A DNA stretch of 64,000 bases from Phaeosaccion multiseriatum (lineage: Eukaryota; Protista; Ochrophyta, other classes), in contig OZ218955.1 of assembly GCA_965112735.1 (NCBI GenBank), forward strand, positions 3,348,001-3,412,000. Direction: 5' to 3'. The notes beneath the pieces were generated by a model. That model made no database searches. It was not told where the DNA came from and saw only the letters and a program-made list of their open reading frames with translations. This document shows, piece after piece, positions 61,315 to 64,000 of the stretch (the stretch's first letter is position 1; every line of letters begins with the position of its first letter). The position numbers were made by a program, and so were the translations under genes.

Positions 61315-63958
61315 ATGCTCGTGGCGACCAATGGCGGGGTGGCCGCTGCCACATTGGCTCGGACGAGCAGGCTGCCTGTCACCCTCGCCAGGAGAAAAGG
61401 CGTCATTAGAAGCCACCACTTGGTCGGCAAGAGCGTCATCTCCTCCTGCGGCCGCAGCTTGAGCACCAGCCCCAGCGATGTCGCGGCTGCAGCAGAGGCT
61501 GTGTTCCAGCCCAGTGGTGATAATGGAAGCAGCAGTAGCAGTAGTAGCGGCGGCCGGGGTAGTCTTGGGATGCAGAGAAGGCAGCAGAAGTATCCTGGTG
61601 CTCGCGCGGCTATGAGCAACCTTGCCAGCCCGCAGCAGCAGCAGCAGCAGCAGCAGGGGCTGGGGCAAAACGGCTTGTGGCCACCCTCGTTGACGGAGGA
61701 ACCGGCATCGTCGCAGCCAGCTTGGCAGCCGGTCAGGAAGCACCCGCAGTGGCTGGAGATGGAGGCAGAGCCTTGGAACGTGCCTGAGGGCATCACAGAA
61801 GCAGACATTGCGCGAATAGAGGAGATTGTAGAAGGGGGATGCAGGAGTGAGGCCACAGAAGAGGCACACCATCATCAACAGCAGCAGCACCAGCCCGAGG
61901 TGGAGGAGAAAGGGATTAGGGGCAGGTACAAGCACCTCTCTATGGACGAGTTACAGGAGCATCAGGTCAAGATGGAGGTGAAGGTCCAGGAGGAGGCAGT
62001 GGCCATGTACACCACCATGATGGAGGTGAGGGGAGGATGGCAGTGGATGGGTGGGGCCTGAGTGGTGAGGGGGCAGTAACTGTTACAGACGGTGCTGTCC
62101 GGGTACAAAGAGCGGTGCTCGTACCTACATTTCTCCCTGTGATCATCTGACTCTGAGGAGTAAGGATGCCTCCCCCGCCCTTCAGTTGCCTTTCAGCTGC
62201 CTTCCTTCCCCTCGCTGTTCGCGTTCACGATGCGCTGCCCATGCGTAACGTTCGTCTGCGCCCTGCCGTTTACACCCTCGCTCCGCCACCCTCCCTTCTG
62301 CTCTCCTTCTACCCTCCCATCCCCCTCCCTTCCTCCTGCTCTCCTACTCTCCCTCCCTCCCTCCTCTACCCTCCCACTCCCCCTCCACCCTCTTTCCCCC
62401 ACTCCCCCTCCTCCTTCCCTCCACCCCGCCAGGACATGACCCGCTTGGGCCGCATCGCCGAGCTCGGAGTGGTACAGCAGGAGCTTTTATCGTGGTATGG
62501 GCCATTGGTTGAGGCCCTAGAGAGGGAGCAGGAGGCCGTGTGGAACCAAACGTCCTCGGCGAACGTCACCATCAGACCCCTCTTGGTGCTGCTCAGGCCA
62601 GAGAAGCTTGCCGTAATGACCATGCATGAGGTAGGTGGGTGAAATGGCAGTGGATGGGCAGTGGATGGGGAGTGGAGGTGGGGTGGGTGGACGGGGGTAG
62701 GGTTTGGGCTGGATGGGGTGGGTTGGAGTTGGGGTGGAGTGGAGGGGAGGAGAGGGAATGGGAGGAGAGGAAGGAGGGGAGGAAGGAGGGGAGAGGGGGT
62801 AGGGTGGAGAGGGAGGAGGGGAGGGAGAGGGTGGGGTGGAGATTTTGATGGGGGGAAAACAAAACAAAAAACAACAACAATAACAACAACAACAACAACA
62901 ATTTCAACTCTCGATGTGTCTCTCTCCTTAAGACCTCTCACTCCCTCTCTTCTGTTCCACTCTCTTTAACATCATCAACAACAACAACAACGACCACAAC
63001 AGGTCATGAACCGGACAATGCGCACCGGGTACAAGGGCAGCGCCACCGTGGAGATTTGCACTACATTGGCCGAGGCGATCCAAGCAGAGCTTAACGTTTC
63101 TGCCCTCCGCAGCAACCTAGGCAAGTCCCCATCCATTGCCATCCACTGCCGTCCCAGCCTCGCCATGCATCCACTGCCATCCTCTTCTCCCCAGACATCT
63201 TACATATCCATCCTCCTCCCTCCGCACGCCCACCACATCCCATATATGACAGGCGCATCCGCCGTAACCGACGCCCTGAGCCGAAACGTTCACCGCCACG
63301 TCCGCGCCCTCAATCTCCGCGCCAAGCGAGCGCTGGACACACTCGAGTACACTGAGTGGTCCAAGGCTGCAGGATGTATGCTTGGCGCTTACCTTACCAA
63401 GGTTCTTATGGACACAAGCCGAGACACGGTCTCAGGAGAGGCAGCTTTTTATCACGAAGTCATATGGGAAGGAGGAAGGCAACGCCTGCAGGGGAGGATG
63501 TTTCTCAACCCCACCACCTTCGATCGCTTCTTGGGAGCAGACGACTCCTTCAGGGTTTCCGCGTCGATGCAGCGGGTCAAGCCAATGGTGGTGCCCCCTG
63601 CCCCTTGGACAAAGCACAATCAAGGCGCGTACCTCGTCATTTCGCGTAACGTCATGCGGACACGGGGCAGCGGTCTTCAGCGGGACATTCTGCGGAACGG
63701 AGACTTGGGCTTGGTGATGAAGGGGTTGAATGCCCTGGGTCAGGTGCCTTGGCAGATCAACGAGGAGGTGTATGATGTCATTTGTGAAGCGAATGAGAAG
63801 GGTCTGCAGATTGGCGATTTGCCTCCGCATGGAGAGCTGCCGGTGCCCAAGCCGGAGCCCATGGCGGATGGGGTGGAGGGCAAGGAAGGGGGATTAGACT
63901 GGGGGAGCGACCCAAACACGTTGAAGGCCAAGTTCAAGAAGTTCAACGCCAGAGCCAG
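61315..63958 (+). CDS. RPOT: T3/T7 phage-type single-subunit RNA polymerase (mitochondrial RpoT/POLRMT), 3'-partial; exons 61315-62025, 62433-62630, 63003-63120, 63253-~63958
   Basis: Mitochondrial-type presequence (...GRSLSTS), followed by QVKME, LLSWYGPL...EQ, PEKLAVMTMHE, KPMVVPPAPWT...GAYL...VMRTRGS and GLNALGQVPWQINEEV. The catalytic C-terminal half lies beyond the window. Confidence 0.88.
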
Positions 63959-64000
63959 GTTGAGGAGGAGATCTGTGAGCGCTGCTGATGATGTTGCTGC

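Noticed and set aside
287-63958. Endogenous giant virus or prophage (gp46-like ATPase, ankyrin, FNIP, T7-like polymerase)
   Set aside because: These genes are mostly intron-rich and interleaved with core eukaryotic genes, and no capsid, packaging ATPase or integrase is present. The T7-like polymerase is the normal mitochondrial enzyme.
1-64000. Most short ORFs in the six-frame track (poly-PPSL, CVCV, THTH, SQSV, GREG)
   Set aside because: They are translations of intronic microsatellites or antisense shadows of real exons.
1-64000. tRNA, rRNA or autonomous transposon genes
   Set aside because: None recognisable by eye; no RT, transposase or integrase motifs were seen. A covariance-model scan was not possible.

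Overview
Eukaryotic, GC-rich, intron-dense and microsatellite-rich nuclear DNA, most likely from a flagellated photosynthetic stramenopile (ochrophyte). Two genes carry signal peptide plus ASA-FAP-type plastid presequences, and a CEP290 gene is present. The raw ORF track is mostly noise. By hand-splicing at GT-AG sites (one probable GC-AG) with phase checks, I reconstruct 13 genes and one pseudogene: a 5'-truncated SbcC/Rad50(gp46)-type ATPase, probably an Mre11 fusion (+); a WW-domain protein (-); a plastid At4g37920-like protein (+); an ASH/PapD-like ciliary protein (-); CEP290 with 20 exons (+); a degenerate, mitochondrion-targeted F1-ATPase alpha paralogue (-); an intronless ankyrin-BTB gene (+); an acidic hypothetical protein (-); a decayed ankyrin paralogue (+); a SETDB1-like H3K9 methyltransferase with a split SET domain (-); DUF1688/URC4 (+); an FNIP-repeat protein (-); a plastid TLDc protein (-); and a 3'-truncated phage-type mitochondrial RNA polymerase (+). 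The strongest unexplained signal is a dispersed 15-bp element, CAG-TTGGTGATA-CAG. It recurs exactly inside or next to CAG tracts of unrelated exons, on both strands and in three different reading frames. A second dispersed motif (GGATGGCAGT/ACTGCCATCC) and a general G-rich-5'/C-rich-3' intron polarity suggest introns whose ends are paired by RNA structure. All family assignments come from motif recognition by eye; no searches were run.
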